Shown piece by piece: positions 42,301-50,999 of a stretch of 64,000 nucleotides of DNA. Each line of letters starts with the position of its first letter. Positions within the stretch are counted from its first letter, which is position 1. The translations under genes were made by a program, and so were the position numbers. This stretch comes from a virus, in IMG/VR virus record IMGVR_UViG_3300021185_003351, positions 32,001-96,000 of that record; one strand, written 5' to 3'. The notes beneath the pieces were generated by a model that made no database searches, was not told the DNA's origin, and was given only the letters and a program-made list of their open reading frames with translations.

Positions 42301-45300
42301 TTACTCAAAAATACAGACAATTTTGAATTTGGTGAAATAACAATTTCAGGAAGTTTACTTAGAAATGGATTTATGGATCCAACATCTAGTATTGGCGAAT
42401 GGAATGAAAACTCATTTGGTGTTACATGGGGAAATACCGTTTATGAAGGTCCTCCAATGGCAACATGGGATGGTTATGGATATCAAGGTCGACCTGGTTA
42501 TAATAGGCCTTATCCATATGGCTCAGGATATTCAATTCATAATCGATATTATGGGGTACTAAACAACACCGGCAAGATTAGAAAAACAGGAACCCTTTTA
42601 TCTTCTAGATCAGATCAGCTTCAATATAAGCATAGTAATCCAGGAACTCCTTATAGATATTCTACTAGAGGTTATGGTAAAACTATAGAAGATGATCCCG
42701 CTAGCGGAAATTGGAGTATAGATGGATGGATGAATGATTTTACTTCTAGTTATTATAAAGTAACTCAATCTATAGAAGATAAACGTCTTCAATTTCCAGA
42801 TAAATTTGGAGGAAGTGGTACATTGCGAGTTACTATTGATGATAATACTGCATTAGCATATGTAGGAGATGGTAGAGGAAATGAACTATTACTTCAAGGA
42901 CATTATTCATATCAAGGTAGAGGCCCAATCGGATTACAGCTAAATAGATATGGATCAATACATTCAGTAAATATTAAAGAAAGATATCAACAATTAATAT
43001 TAGATACTACCAATTCTTTTAGTAAACGTGATAAAATTTATGAATCTAGATTGTTATATGACCATGACCCTAGTAAAGAAGTTAATTTTATAGGTACTTT
43101 AGTAACAGATGCTAAAGGCCATAAAAATTTATTATGGGAATATATGAGGACCAAAGGCAATACTGACATCCTTCCATATATGTTCGGAGCATGTAATCAA
43201 GGAACAACCGCTGCAGGTAATACTTCTACTAACATTAATGCTGGGGGATATTACAATCATATTTATGGTTCAAATTATAATGCATTAATACCTAAAAATA
43301 ATATAGGTACCAGTCGATTTAATAGATATCAAGCAAATGATAATTTTTATGTTATATATGATTTAGGCACCCAAGTAACATTTGATACCGTAGGAATGAT
43401 ATTTGCTAAAGATAATTATGGTTCTGAACATGTTACTAACAATCAAATGAACAATGTTGAATTTCAAGTATGTGATGATGTAGGAGTTGCGTCTCCTGCC
43501 TGGGAAATAGTTCGTGCAAAAGAAAATGATTTGCGATATTCAAATTATAGAGGTGGAATAAGATTTTATACATTTCCTTCTGGCTCAGTAAATAAACGAT
43601 ATGTAAGATATCATAGTAGAGGAGGAACAAATAGTACAGCATTTGCAATGCATTCACATTTTGGCTTATATAATTTTTCAGGATCGTGTGCAGATTCAAA
43701 TACATTGGATGCATCATCAATAGCAGGAGGATTTGCAGATCAGTTCGGCTCGCCTACAGCATCAATGTGTCAAATAGAGTTAGCTAGCACTAAAAACTGG
43801 AAAACCGGCGATATGATTTATTTCTGGTCTAAGCAAATGAATTCTAGCGGAGTATTTTATGATGAAGGATATAATACTATATCATATTATAACACTAATA
43901 ACATAACTGGATGGCAAGCAGGCACAACACCTGAAGCTCAAATACTTAATGGAAAATGGCCTATTTACACTATTACAAACATTCAAGGTAACATAGTAAC
44001 ATTAGATAGACCGGTAACACAAATGTTTATAGATGCTGGCACAATAGCTTACAAATACAATAGAGGTAAGGTTACACTTAAAGCACCTCGTCAAATGATA
44101 TTTAATCTAGGATTTTTCTATAACAATTATGTTCGAAGAACAATACGTAATATAACAGGAATTAATGCAGTTCCTCACAATTACAGTGGCCAATACTATG
44201 GAATGTATTCTATTGAAGATGCTGGTATAATGCCATTCCAAGGTAATGTAAATGCAGATGGTTGGTATCTACCCCATGGTTTATATAGAAATATGTATAC
44301 AAGTTGGATATATCCTGAAGTAAGTCATGGTAGATGGGATCAGTTTAGAGCCAAAAAATGCTTTAATTATCATACCGAGTATTCTGCTGCATCTAATGGA
44401 ATATTAGGAAGTTTAAGCGTAAATAGACCAAATGAAGTTATAAGTTTTTGCAAATCTCCTCATCAACCTTCTTATAATACTAATATATATGGAGGATGGG
44501 AATATGGACAATATTCTGCAAGAGGACATGTTTACTATCAAAATAATTGGGCTAAAGGTGACAGATACAATGGTATTGTACCAAGAAGAGTATCACCTAG
44601 ATGGGGAACTAATGATGATCATTTAATACATATAGGAGATCTTGTAACTGTAGATAATCATCAAGCAAGCGTCGGAGGATGGTGGGATAGTAGTAGAAAT
44701 CCTGGATATAATGATAAAATTTATAAAACTAATAATAATACTAGAGATTATAATTTAATTCAATATTTTACATGGTGGAATCCATATGCAACTAATCCTA
44801 AAACTAATCCATCTCATTTAAGACACAATGATTATACCGAATTCCCAACAAATAATAATGGAAGTTATTTTGATAAAGATGACGTTCCAATTTTATATCG
44901 AAAAAATAAACAATCACTTTTCCCAGGCAGAGACATGATTGCTGCTAAAATGCATTATTATGGTATAACACATATTGTTCCAACTAACACACACGCTGAT
45001 GATAAAATGTATGAATTACATGTATGTCCAAATTATGAGTTTAGTATGACATATTCAACCGGAGCCAGTTACCTAAGCCTTCCGTTTAAAGCAGAATTTA
45101 CAGTTCTAGAAGACGCAGATGTTCGTTTAGATATTAGTATGATATATAAAATGATGGCATCTCAAGTATATAATTTTGGCGAAACTTATAGCAATAGTAC
45201 CCTTTATAATAATTTCGGTAATAGTATGCCTTGTATTTTTGTTGAAAATTTAACTACCCAAGAAATGATATATAATGAACCTATATATAAAATGGATAGC

Positions 45301-45633
45301 AGCATAAACATGCAAGAAATATTTAGTCTACCTGCAGGTCATTATAGAGTTGCTTTTAGAGTCAGCAGCGTATATCAATCTGCTAATCCTGGACTAGTAA
45401 TGTTTTTCAAAGATTTAAAATTTAAATTGGTAACTACTAATAAAAATAATATTGTAGTAATACATAATAATTGGGATATGGTAAAAATGCTAGAACAACC
45501 AGGAAGAGGAGAAAATTATTCAAACGTTAATAATTTACCATATACAGAAAATACAGGTCCAAATTCAGTAGTAAGACAAGCAAATAATTTAACAAATACC
45601 AAAACAATTAAATTTAATAAAATTAAACTATAA
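39361..45633 (+). CDS. Giant Tyr/Asn/Gly-rich virion protein with a discoidin (F5/8)-like segment (2090 aa)
   Basis: N-terminal NWIGGVVPGPDD motif. VIYDLG...FDTVG...FQVCDD...W...KRYVRY resembles F5/8 type C domains. Confidence 0.6.
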   Translation: MATIIAKLNPVDSTWNPLDPNNWIGGVVPGPDDIARFYTYTTNATYETGYYYINKNRGYGNNAVYDRNQFHTAIAFGNGQGEGFYTRSFWEQEYSRDFFTRNWSGSFDPTASVAGAGYNWTQGSSYTYGSPGTFNSNNSSIYTHYGDYYAQTGYQYKGSYKSMNLYYDNIWNYNYGSPRTDTPAYGPMYYRFKCYVFRVENLTSTSLTIDDVTISETDTETYATKNRAFGTTKAAHAAANPGSEVLTDRIVDLFTGSALHIDNGGKWQIWGPHNGRQPYYNNRTYLNSNDFFTIAMYTSSDSYSPSVSDTNLYTANYSTALAGKYHLGLFTASAAGINDSLSKIDFPLTVMGNGEPGVYATEGTSSFRFSTRFGNEVTAKTASYTNINNQNDQNGGWSYSQYTTSSHGASAFLEGTLPSYYSWQGVGPGNLGRIRWKHDGTYSYDKFLIHPTEDYDPNKPGSKPGRRQGQGLRIDPTFSTWTTSSRITHPIFSKQPYTWLENGNIAGSELVGGYGYTNHMYKQGQIQYWELTGSQEWNVGRIEMGRFTHFHVKDNAHIVLHDMQGDSNGTSTSQAPTIDFEDHGLKSTLYITDEATIEISSSRTAYWNNDEAGIYLRRNSTSLIISGAANYSSSKLTENVSAGSSTLSIDNLSNTFAPGDIISVQSTASFKLTFPAAREHSLDYVDQNDPTTWYSGSYEEMYHKSSGGRNATYMNGTTLPPAHKDSVVTAFASFEKPSGMEFDNPVHTDEITVIAATSSNTATIRKFFGKEGEIHHDMGLYNKQEFVDTFPSGGAPIFTGDKRVVLVDSNHKKFVSGDQLEISGSVYTVLHNTTYLSQSLFRDFSRSDNPSLDDMFYMRLESFSGSSIWPIDVNADGVINTSTEDETHFERIHKNKLLITGSYQGSRAMLERYGNIGVPMLKNSGSNNGYQALQIDPTLSYYWQHSMNLNYDNLNNDSYNYRYRYYVNNNYTTWYGSANYLLKNTDNFEFGEITISGSLLRNGFMDPTSSIGEWNENSFGVTWGNTVYEGPPMATWDGYGYQGRPGYNRPYPYGSGYSIHNRYYGVLNNTGKIRKTGTLLSSRSDQLQYKHSNPGTPYRYSTRGYGKTIEDDPASGNWSIDGWMNDFTSSYYKVTQSIEDKRLQFPDKFGGSGTLRVTIDDNTALAYVGDGRGNELLLQGHYSYQGRGPIGLQLNRYGSIHSVNIKERYQQLILDTTNSFSKRDKIYESRLLYDHDPSKEVNFIGTLVTDAKGHKNLLWEYMRTKGNTDILPYMFGACNQGTTAAGNTSTNINAGGYYNHIYGSNYNALIPKNNIGTSRFNRYQANDNFYVIYDLGTQVTFDTVGMIFAKDNYGSEHVTNNQMNNVEFQVCDDVGVASPAWEIVRAKENDLRYSNYRGGIRFYTFPSGSVNKRYVRYHSRGGTNSTAFAMHSHFGLYNFSGSCADSNTLDASSIAGGFADQFGSPTASMCQIELASTKNWKTGDMIYFWSKQMNSSGVFYDEGYNTISYYNTNNITGWQAGTTPEAQILNGKWPIYTITNIQGNIVTLDRPVTQMFIDAGTIAYKYNRGKVTLKAPRQMIFNLGFFYNNYVRRTIRNITGINAVPHNYSGQYYGMYSIEDAGIMPFQGNVNADGWYLPHGLYRNMYTSWIYPEVSHGRWDQFRAKKCFNYHTEYSAASNGILGSLSVNRPNEVISFCKSPHQPSYNTNIYGGWEYGQYSARGHVYYQNNWAKGDRYNGIVPRRVSPRWGTNDDHLIHIGDLVTVDNHQASVGGWWDSSRNPGYNDKIYKTNNNTRDYNLIQYFTWWNPYATNPKTNPSHLRHNDYTEFPTNNNGSYFDKDDVPILYRKNKQSLFPGRDMIAAKMHYYGITHIVPTNTHADDKMYELHVCPNYEFSMTYSTGASYLSLPFKAEFTVLEDADVRLDISMIYKMMASQVYNFGETYSNSTLYNNFGNSMPCIFVENLTTQEMIYNEPIYKMDSSINMQEIFSLPAGHYRVAFRVSSVYQSANPGLVMFFKDLKFKLVTTNKNNIVVIHNNWDMVKMLEQPGRGENYSNVNNLPYTENTGPNSVVRQANNLTNTKTIKFNKIKL

Positions 45634-45645
45634 TATTTATAATAA

Positions 45646-46830
45646 ATGAATTTTGATATATTAAATAATAAACCACTAGAATTCTTCAATCAAGATGGCG
45701 AATTAATGGGTAAAATATTCATCTCCGGATCAACTGGTGATTTATATTTAACTCCCGTATCTGGTAGTGATGGTGATGTTATTCTAGGAAATAGAGATAC
45801 AGTTGGCGATGTTGAAATAGGATTACCATCTGCAGAAACATCATTAAAATTAATGGGCGGCGGAATCATATCTGCAAATGGAAATACTTTAACTATAGGA
45901 GATGTTGCTGCTGGTGATTCTGTTATAGTAAACGGCCCTATAACTGCATCTAATATATTATCTGCTTCATATGCGTTAACTGCATCACATGCACTTAATA
46001 GTAGTGGAGGAGGCTCTGGAATATTTGAAGCAACTGGATCTATATTTGCAACCACAAATGTTTTAGAAGTCACCGGATCAATGACGCTAATTAACACAGC
46101 TTCAAATTCAACCTCATCAAACACACTATCTATAGAAGGATCAGGATCAGTAAGTGGATCTGGAATATTTGACGTTCGTGGATCTGTTGGACAACTATTT
46201 GAAGTTGCAGACGGATTAGATGGAGTATTGATGTCCGTTAATGATATATCAGGTATTCCTATATTAACAGTATCATCATCAGGTAATGTTATTTTAGCAG
46301 AAGGATCAACATTAATAGGAACAGCATCATTTGCATCTACTAGTCCAGCAGGAGCACCTTTTCCTCATACTGGTACAGCTCGTATTGATGGTAATTTAGA
46401 TGTTACTGGATCTGGAGATGATATATTCAAAGTAAGATCAAGATCCGGATCATTGTTTTCAGTTGATGATGGATTAGATGGTATCTTAATGTCAGTTAAT
46501 GACATATCCGGATTACCATTATTTGAAATTTCATCTTCTGGTAATGTAGAATTAATTGAAGGTAATATATCTGGATCTGCAGCATCAACCGCATCATTTG
46601 GAAAACTAGAATCATATGGTGGATTACATGTAGAAAGCTCCGGTTCAACAGTATTTGAAGTAGTAGGATCTGAAGGATCATTGTTTGCAATAGACGATTC
46701 ATTGTCTGGATCATTGTTTGCAGTAACAAATAAATCAGGTATTCCTAGATTTGAAGTGTTTTCAGACGGCAAAATAGAAAAACAAGGTAATAATATTCAA
46801 GACGAATCATTTACATGGTTCATGGCATAA
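45646..46830 (+). CDS. Fibre-associated protein with three internal repeats
   Basis: Three copies of FxVxGSxGxLFxVxDxLxGxLxxVxxxSGxP. Confidence 0.65.
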   Translation: MNFDILNNKPLEFFNQDGELMGKIFISGSTGDLYLTPVSGSDGDVILGNRDTVGDVEIGLPSAETSLKLMGGGIISANGNTLTIGDVAAGDSVIVNGPITASNILSASYALTASHALNSSGGGSGIFEATGSIFATTNVLEVTGSMTLINTASNSTSSNTLSIEGSGSVSGSGIFDVRGSVGQLFEVADGLDGVLMSVNDISGIPILTVSSSGNVILAEGSTLIGTASFASTSPAGAPFPHTGTARIDGNLDVTGSGDDIFKVRSRSGSLFSVDDGLDGILMSVNDISGLPLFEISSSGNVELIEGNISGSAASTASFGKLESYGGLHVESSGSTVFEVVGSEGSLFAIDDSLSGSLFAVTNKSGIPRFEVFSDGKIEKQGNNIQDESFTWFMA

Positions 46831-46831
46831 T

Positions 46832-47542
46832 ATGAAAAAATACGGATTAAATAATGGATATATTGGTAAAGATCGTTTAAGATCATTTGCTTCTGGCATA
46901 ATCTCACAACATAAACATGCAACTCTTAGGACAGCCGGGTTAATGAAACTAGCTGGATCAGGTATAATCCAAGAAGGTCTTCGAATAAATTATAATATTG
47001 ATTCTGTTACAGACACATATCCTGAAACATGGACTGATTTAAGCGGAGCTGGAATACATGCAACAATATTGGGAGCACCGCAGTTAACAGACGACGGTGG
47101 TGTAAATTATTTAGCTTTTGATTCTATAACTGATGGATTTGAACCGTCATCTGGATATTCATTTACTAATGGTACTGGAACCGTTGCATTGGTTATGAAA
47201 ACAGTTGATGTACAAGGCTTGTTTTTTGGTAATTTTTTGGGAGCTTATAGATCCGGAAATAAATTTTATAATAACGGATTTGGATCTCCTACTTTTCATA
47301 TGGACACTGATCAAAAATCTAATATCTATGATCATTTGCGTACTGGTAATTGGCATTATGTAGAATTTAAAAATATACAAAATTCTTCTACGTCTACTGC
47401 TACATGGCGATTTTCCAAATATGGCAGTTATGAAATACAGTGTGATTTAAGAGCTGTAATAGCATATGATCACAACTTAACCGCTGAAGAAAGCCTACAA
47501 AATTACAATTATTATTATAACAGCGGTTATTTATCTGATTAA
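46832..47542 (+). CDS. Divergent LamG-like protein 5
   Basis: EGLRINY, WTDLSG, YLAFD, WHYV and YDHNLT.EE..QNYN motifs. Confidence 0.7.
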   Translation: MKKYGLNNGYIGKDRLRSFASGIISQHKHATLRTAGLMKLAGSGIIQEGLRINYNIDSVTDTYPETWTDLSGAGIHATILGAPQLTDDGGVNYLAFDSITDGFEPSSGYSFTNGTGTVALVMKTVDVQGLFFGNFLGAYRSGNKFYNNGFGSPTFHMDTDQKSNIYDHLRTGNWHYVEFKNIQNSSTSTATWRFSKYGSYEIQCDLRAVIAYDHNLTAEESLQNYNYYYNSGYLSD

Positions 47543-47566
47543 TATTTATATATAAAGAAATGAATT

Positions 47567-47953
47567 ATGGCAACAACATATCATAACGCAGGTTTAAATA
47601 TATCACAATCAACAACCATCAACATGAATTATTCTGCATCTGGAGATTTTTTAACTGCAGGTTCTGGCGAAACATATATATTAAAAAATATTCAAATTGC
47701 AAATACATCAGAACCGGTTGCAGGTACTTATTATGATACAAATATAACTGCAAGATTTATAGATTTTAGTACTTCAACGACACATAGTTTAGCAAAATTT
47801 ATATCACTACCAAAAAATTCGTCAATTGATATATTGTCAGATAATTTAGTTTTAGAATCAGGAGATAAAATACAATTACAAATAACAGGATCTTCTGAAG
47901 CTACTATAAATTATGAGGTAAATGCAGTAGGAAGTTATTTGAAAATTACATAA
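47567..47953 (+). CDS. Small beta-rich virion protein
   Basis: IQIAN...LVLESGDKI pattern typical of small phage structural proteins. TATTTATA upstream. Confidence 0.55.
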   Translation: MATTYHNAGLNISQSTTINMNYSASGDFLTAGSGETYILKNIQIANTSEPVAGTYYDTNITARFIDFSTSTTHSLAKFISLPKNSSIDILSDNLVLESGDKIQLQITGSSEATINYEVNAVGSYLKIT

Positions 47954-47962
47954 GGGTTCACC

Positions 47963-48676
47963 ATGGCAATTCGTAGAGGTGAAATAATTACTAGAATTAT
48001 AGAAACCGGTTTAACTCATAATATAGACGCTTCAAATCGTGTAACATATCCTAGATCAGGAGTCAAAGTTTATAATACTGTAGACACAGACATTACCGGA
48101 TCATTTATTAATGATGTAGCATATAACAGTGTATCGCCAGACAATTTTCAATTTGGATTAGATGGAGTAGATGATATAATTAGATTTGAATCTCATTTTG
48201 CTGCTTATGGACAAACAGACATCACATTGTCATATTGGTTTAGATTATTAGGATCTCCTGCATCAGTTTGGCACGGGTTGTCCAACGAAATTGCTACTCA
48301 ACTACCTTTTAGATCAAGAATATTAATCAAAGAAAATTTAGCTCAGTTGTTATACACATTAACTTTAAATGGACAGAAATCAATTACTCCTATTAGTTTT
48401 TCTTTGAATACATGGCATAATGTAGTTATAACCAAAGACAGCATAGTTGGTACCAAAGTATATTTAGACAATGTATATAAAGGTGGTCACTCAACGGAAA
48501 CAGGTGCTATAACTGGAACTAGTAGCACAACAGTAGGAGGTACTGACGTTGGACGTGGTTATGAATCTGGATATTACATGAACGGAAACATGGCCAGTAT
48601 ACATGTTTACGACAGAGCATTATCAGCAACAGAATTAACTCATAATTATAATGCAATGATTGGGAGATTTTCATGA
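47963..48676 (+). CDS. LamG-like lectin domain protein 6
   Basis: DASN..YP, DGVDD, TLSYWF, WHNVV and YDRALS motifs. Confidence 0.85.
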   Translation: MAIRRGEIITRIIETGLTHNIDASNRVTYPRSGVKVYNTVDTDITGSFINDVAYNSVSPDNFQFGLDGVDDIIRFESHFAAYGQTDITLSYWFRLLGSPASVWHGLSNEIATQLPFRSRILIKENLAQLLYTLTLNGQKSITPISFSLNTWHNVVITKDSIVGTKVYLDNVYKGGHSTETGAITGTSSTTVGGTDVGRGYESGYYMNGNMASIHVYDRALSATELTHNYNAMIGRFS

Positions 48677-49413
48677 GTGGAAGAGCCGGCGAAATTATTA
48701 CGGATATTGTTGAAGATGGACTAGTGTTTAATATGGACGCTGCTAATAGAGCAAGCTATTCTAAAACTGGGACTTCTGTCAAAGATACTTTAAATAATTC
48801 ATCTGGAACTTTAACAAATGGATCATCTTTTCAATCTACATTACCTTTAAGTTTTGATTTTGATGGAGCTGATGATGAATTAATTTTTTCAAATAATACT
48901 GCTATTAATAGTTTAGGCACTTTAACTACAGATTTAACATTATCTATATGGTTTAGAAATGAAGGAGCATCTAATGTAGAACAAAGAATATTTGGTATGT
49001 CGACTAATCAAAGCTATACAGGAGGAAGATCAATTTCTGCAGTAATTTATTCAAATAATTTACAATCATATTATCGAGACAATAATGGATATAAATATAG
49101 AAATATTAGCTTTTCAGGTCAACAAAATGAATGGCTTAGTTATACAATTGTATTTCATTCAGGTGATGAAAATGCTACTACTCAATATTTAAATAACGTA
49201 GCTTACTCCGGGATGACAGCAGGACAATCAGGCGTAATATTTCCATCTTCATTTAATTTTGCAGATACTACAATATATCTAGGAAACAATTCTTCGCATT
49301 CAACGCTAGCTTTAGATGGTCAAATTGGCTGTTTTCAAATGTATACAAGAGCATTAAGTGATAATGAAAGAACACACAATTACAACGCATTAAGAAGTAG
49401 ATTTGGAGTATGA
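48673..49413 (+). CDS. LamG-like lectin domain protein 7
   Basis: GLVFNMDAANRASY, FDFDGADD, TLSIWF and YTRALS motifs. Confidence 0.85.
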   Translation: MSGRAGEIITDIVEDGLVFNMDAANRASYSKTGTSVKDTLNNSSGTLTNGSSFQSTLPLSFDFDGADDELIFSNNTAINSLGTLTTDLTLSIWFRNEGASNVEQRIFGMSTNQSYTGGRSISAVIYSNNLQSYYRDNNGYKYRNISFSGQQNEWLSYTIVFHSGDENATTQYLNNVAYSGMTAGQSGVIFPSSFNFADTTIYLGNNSSHSTLALDGQIGCFQMYTRALSDNERTHNYNALRSRFGV

Positions 49414-50099
49414 GATTAGGAGAAATTAAAACGGATATCATTGAGAATGGGCTAGTATTCAACATGGATCCAGCTAATAGAGCAAGTTATCCTAAAACTG
49501 GTACTATTGTTACTAATACAATAAACAACAGTACTAGTACCTTAACCAATGGCCCAACATTTTCGGACAGTAATAGTGGAATTATGCACTTTGATGGAAA
49601 TGATGATTATATTAATACTCCATCCAGCTGGACATCATTAGGAACCGGAGATTTTACAGTTTGTAGTTGGTTTAGAGTAGAAGAGGTGCCAGCTGGGAGT
49701 GGTTTTGTTTGGGTAATGGTCGATGCAGGCGGTAATTCTAATTATGCAAATTTAAGAGTTCGATTAAACAATCAAATTCAATTTCAAGCTAGACAAGGAG
49801 GAGGAGGAAGTGTTGAACTAACTTATGGTACTACTTATAGTACAGATACCTGGTATCAAGCAACATGCACAAGAACAGGTACTACAGGAACATTATACCT
49901 TAATGGTATTAATCCTTCATCTCAAACTAATTCTGAGTTTGGTGTAGATCTAGGAGATGAACTTTATATAGGAAATTGGCGAATATTTTCATATGCTTTA
50001 AGTGGGGACATAGGACCAATTCATATCTACAACCGAGTATTATCAGCAAATGAAGTCCTACACAACTACAATGCTTTAAAAGGTAGATTTGGAGTTTAG
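49410..50099 (+). CDS. LamG-like lectin domain protein 8
   Basis: GLVFNMDPANRASYP, FDGNDDY, FTVCSWF, LYLNG and YNRVLS motifs. Confidence 0.87.
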   Translation: MRLGEIKTDIIENGLVFNMDPANRASYPKTGTIVTNTINNSTSTLTNGPTFSDSNSGIMHFDGNDDYINTPSSWTSLGTGDFTVCSWFRVEEVPAGSGFVWVMVDAGGNSNYANLRVRLNNQIQFQARQGGGGSVELTYGTTYSTDTWYQATCTRTGTTGTLYLNGINPSSQTNSEFGVDLGDELYIGNWRIFSYALSGDIGPIHIYNRVLSANEVLHNYNALKGRFGV

Positions 50100-50130
50100 G
50101 TTATATTTATAATAAACCAAAGAAACTACA

Positions 50131-50592
50131 ATGGCAAATACATTATCAAGCACCGGAATATCTAATGGAAGTAGAATACTTCCAGCTCATATATCACAAA
50201 TAACTGATGCATTATCAAAACAAGAAGCATATGATATAACAATATCAGGATCTTTAGTTGTAACTGGATCAGCAAAATTTGATAGTACACTATCAGCTGT
50301 TTCAATGTCAGGAGATGGATCTGCAATAACAGGTATATTAAATGCAGTAACTGCATCTCATTCTTTATTCAATGATTCATCATCAATTGCAACATTAGCT
50401 AACACAGCTAGTTTAGCTTTATCTGGCAATGGAGTATTTAGTGGATCATTTTCAGGATCACATACAGGTATCGTATTAACCTCAGTTTCAGAAAGTTTAA
50501 ATTTTGCAGATGATAGTGCAGCAGCTGCTGGAGGCGTTGCATTGGGCGGATTATATAGAAGTGCAAGTTTTGTAAAAATTAGGATTTCATAA
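50131..50592 (+). CDS. Small virion fibre-like protein
   Basis: SGS/TAS-rich, with a C-terminal FADDSAAAAGGVALGGLY module. Confidence 0.6.
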   Translation: MANTLSSTGISNGSRILPAHISQITDALSKQEAYDITISGSLVVTGSAKFDSTLSAVSMSGDGSAITGILNAVTASHSLFNDSSSIATLANTASLALSGNGVFSGSFSGSHTGIVLTSVSESLNFADDSAAAAGGVALGGLYRSASFVKIRIS

Positions 50593-50660
50593 AAAAATTT
50601 ATTATAATAAATTATTATAGTTTACAAATAAATACAAACAAATAAAAATAAAGTTATATT

Positions 50661-50945
50661 ATGGCAAAAAAAGAAACAACAAAAAAACTAGAGCAAGTAG
50701 ATATTGATTCAATAGTAGAATTAAGACAAAAATATGCTGAAAACACAAATGCATTAGGTTTAATAACAACTGATGAATATGCAATTAATCAACAATTAGA
50801 ACAACTTAAATTACAAAAAGAAAAAATGTTTTCTTCATTAAATGAATTAAGAGAATCTGAAATCAAATTAATGGATTCACTTAAAGAAAAGTATGGAGAC
50901 GGACAAATAAATATTGAAGACGGAACATTCACTTCAATTTCATAG
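50661..50945 (+). CDS. Small coiled-coil hypothetical protein
   Basis: 94-aa coiled coil ending KYGDGQINIEDGTF, preceded by a second-class promoter. Confidence 0.65.
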   Translation: MAKKETTKKLEQVDIDSIVELRQKYAENTNALGLITTDEYAINQQLEQLKLQKEKMFSSLNELRESEIKLMDSLKEKYGDGQINIEDGTFTSIS

Positions 50946-50999
50946 GTTTTTCCGTTAATGAATCATATTTATAATAAACATAATTAGAGGAGACAACTA

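Noticed and set aside
33442-50099. Diversity-generating retroelement or invertase shufflon acting on the LamG genes
   Set aside because: I saw no reverse transcriptase, no template/variable repeat pair with adenine-specific mismatches, no recombinase and no inverted cassettes in this window.
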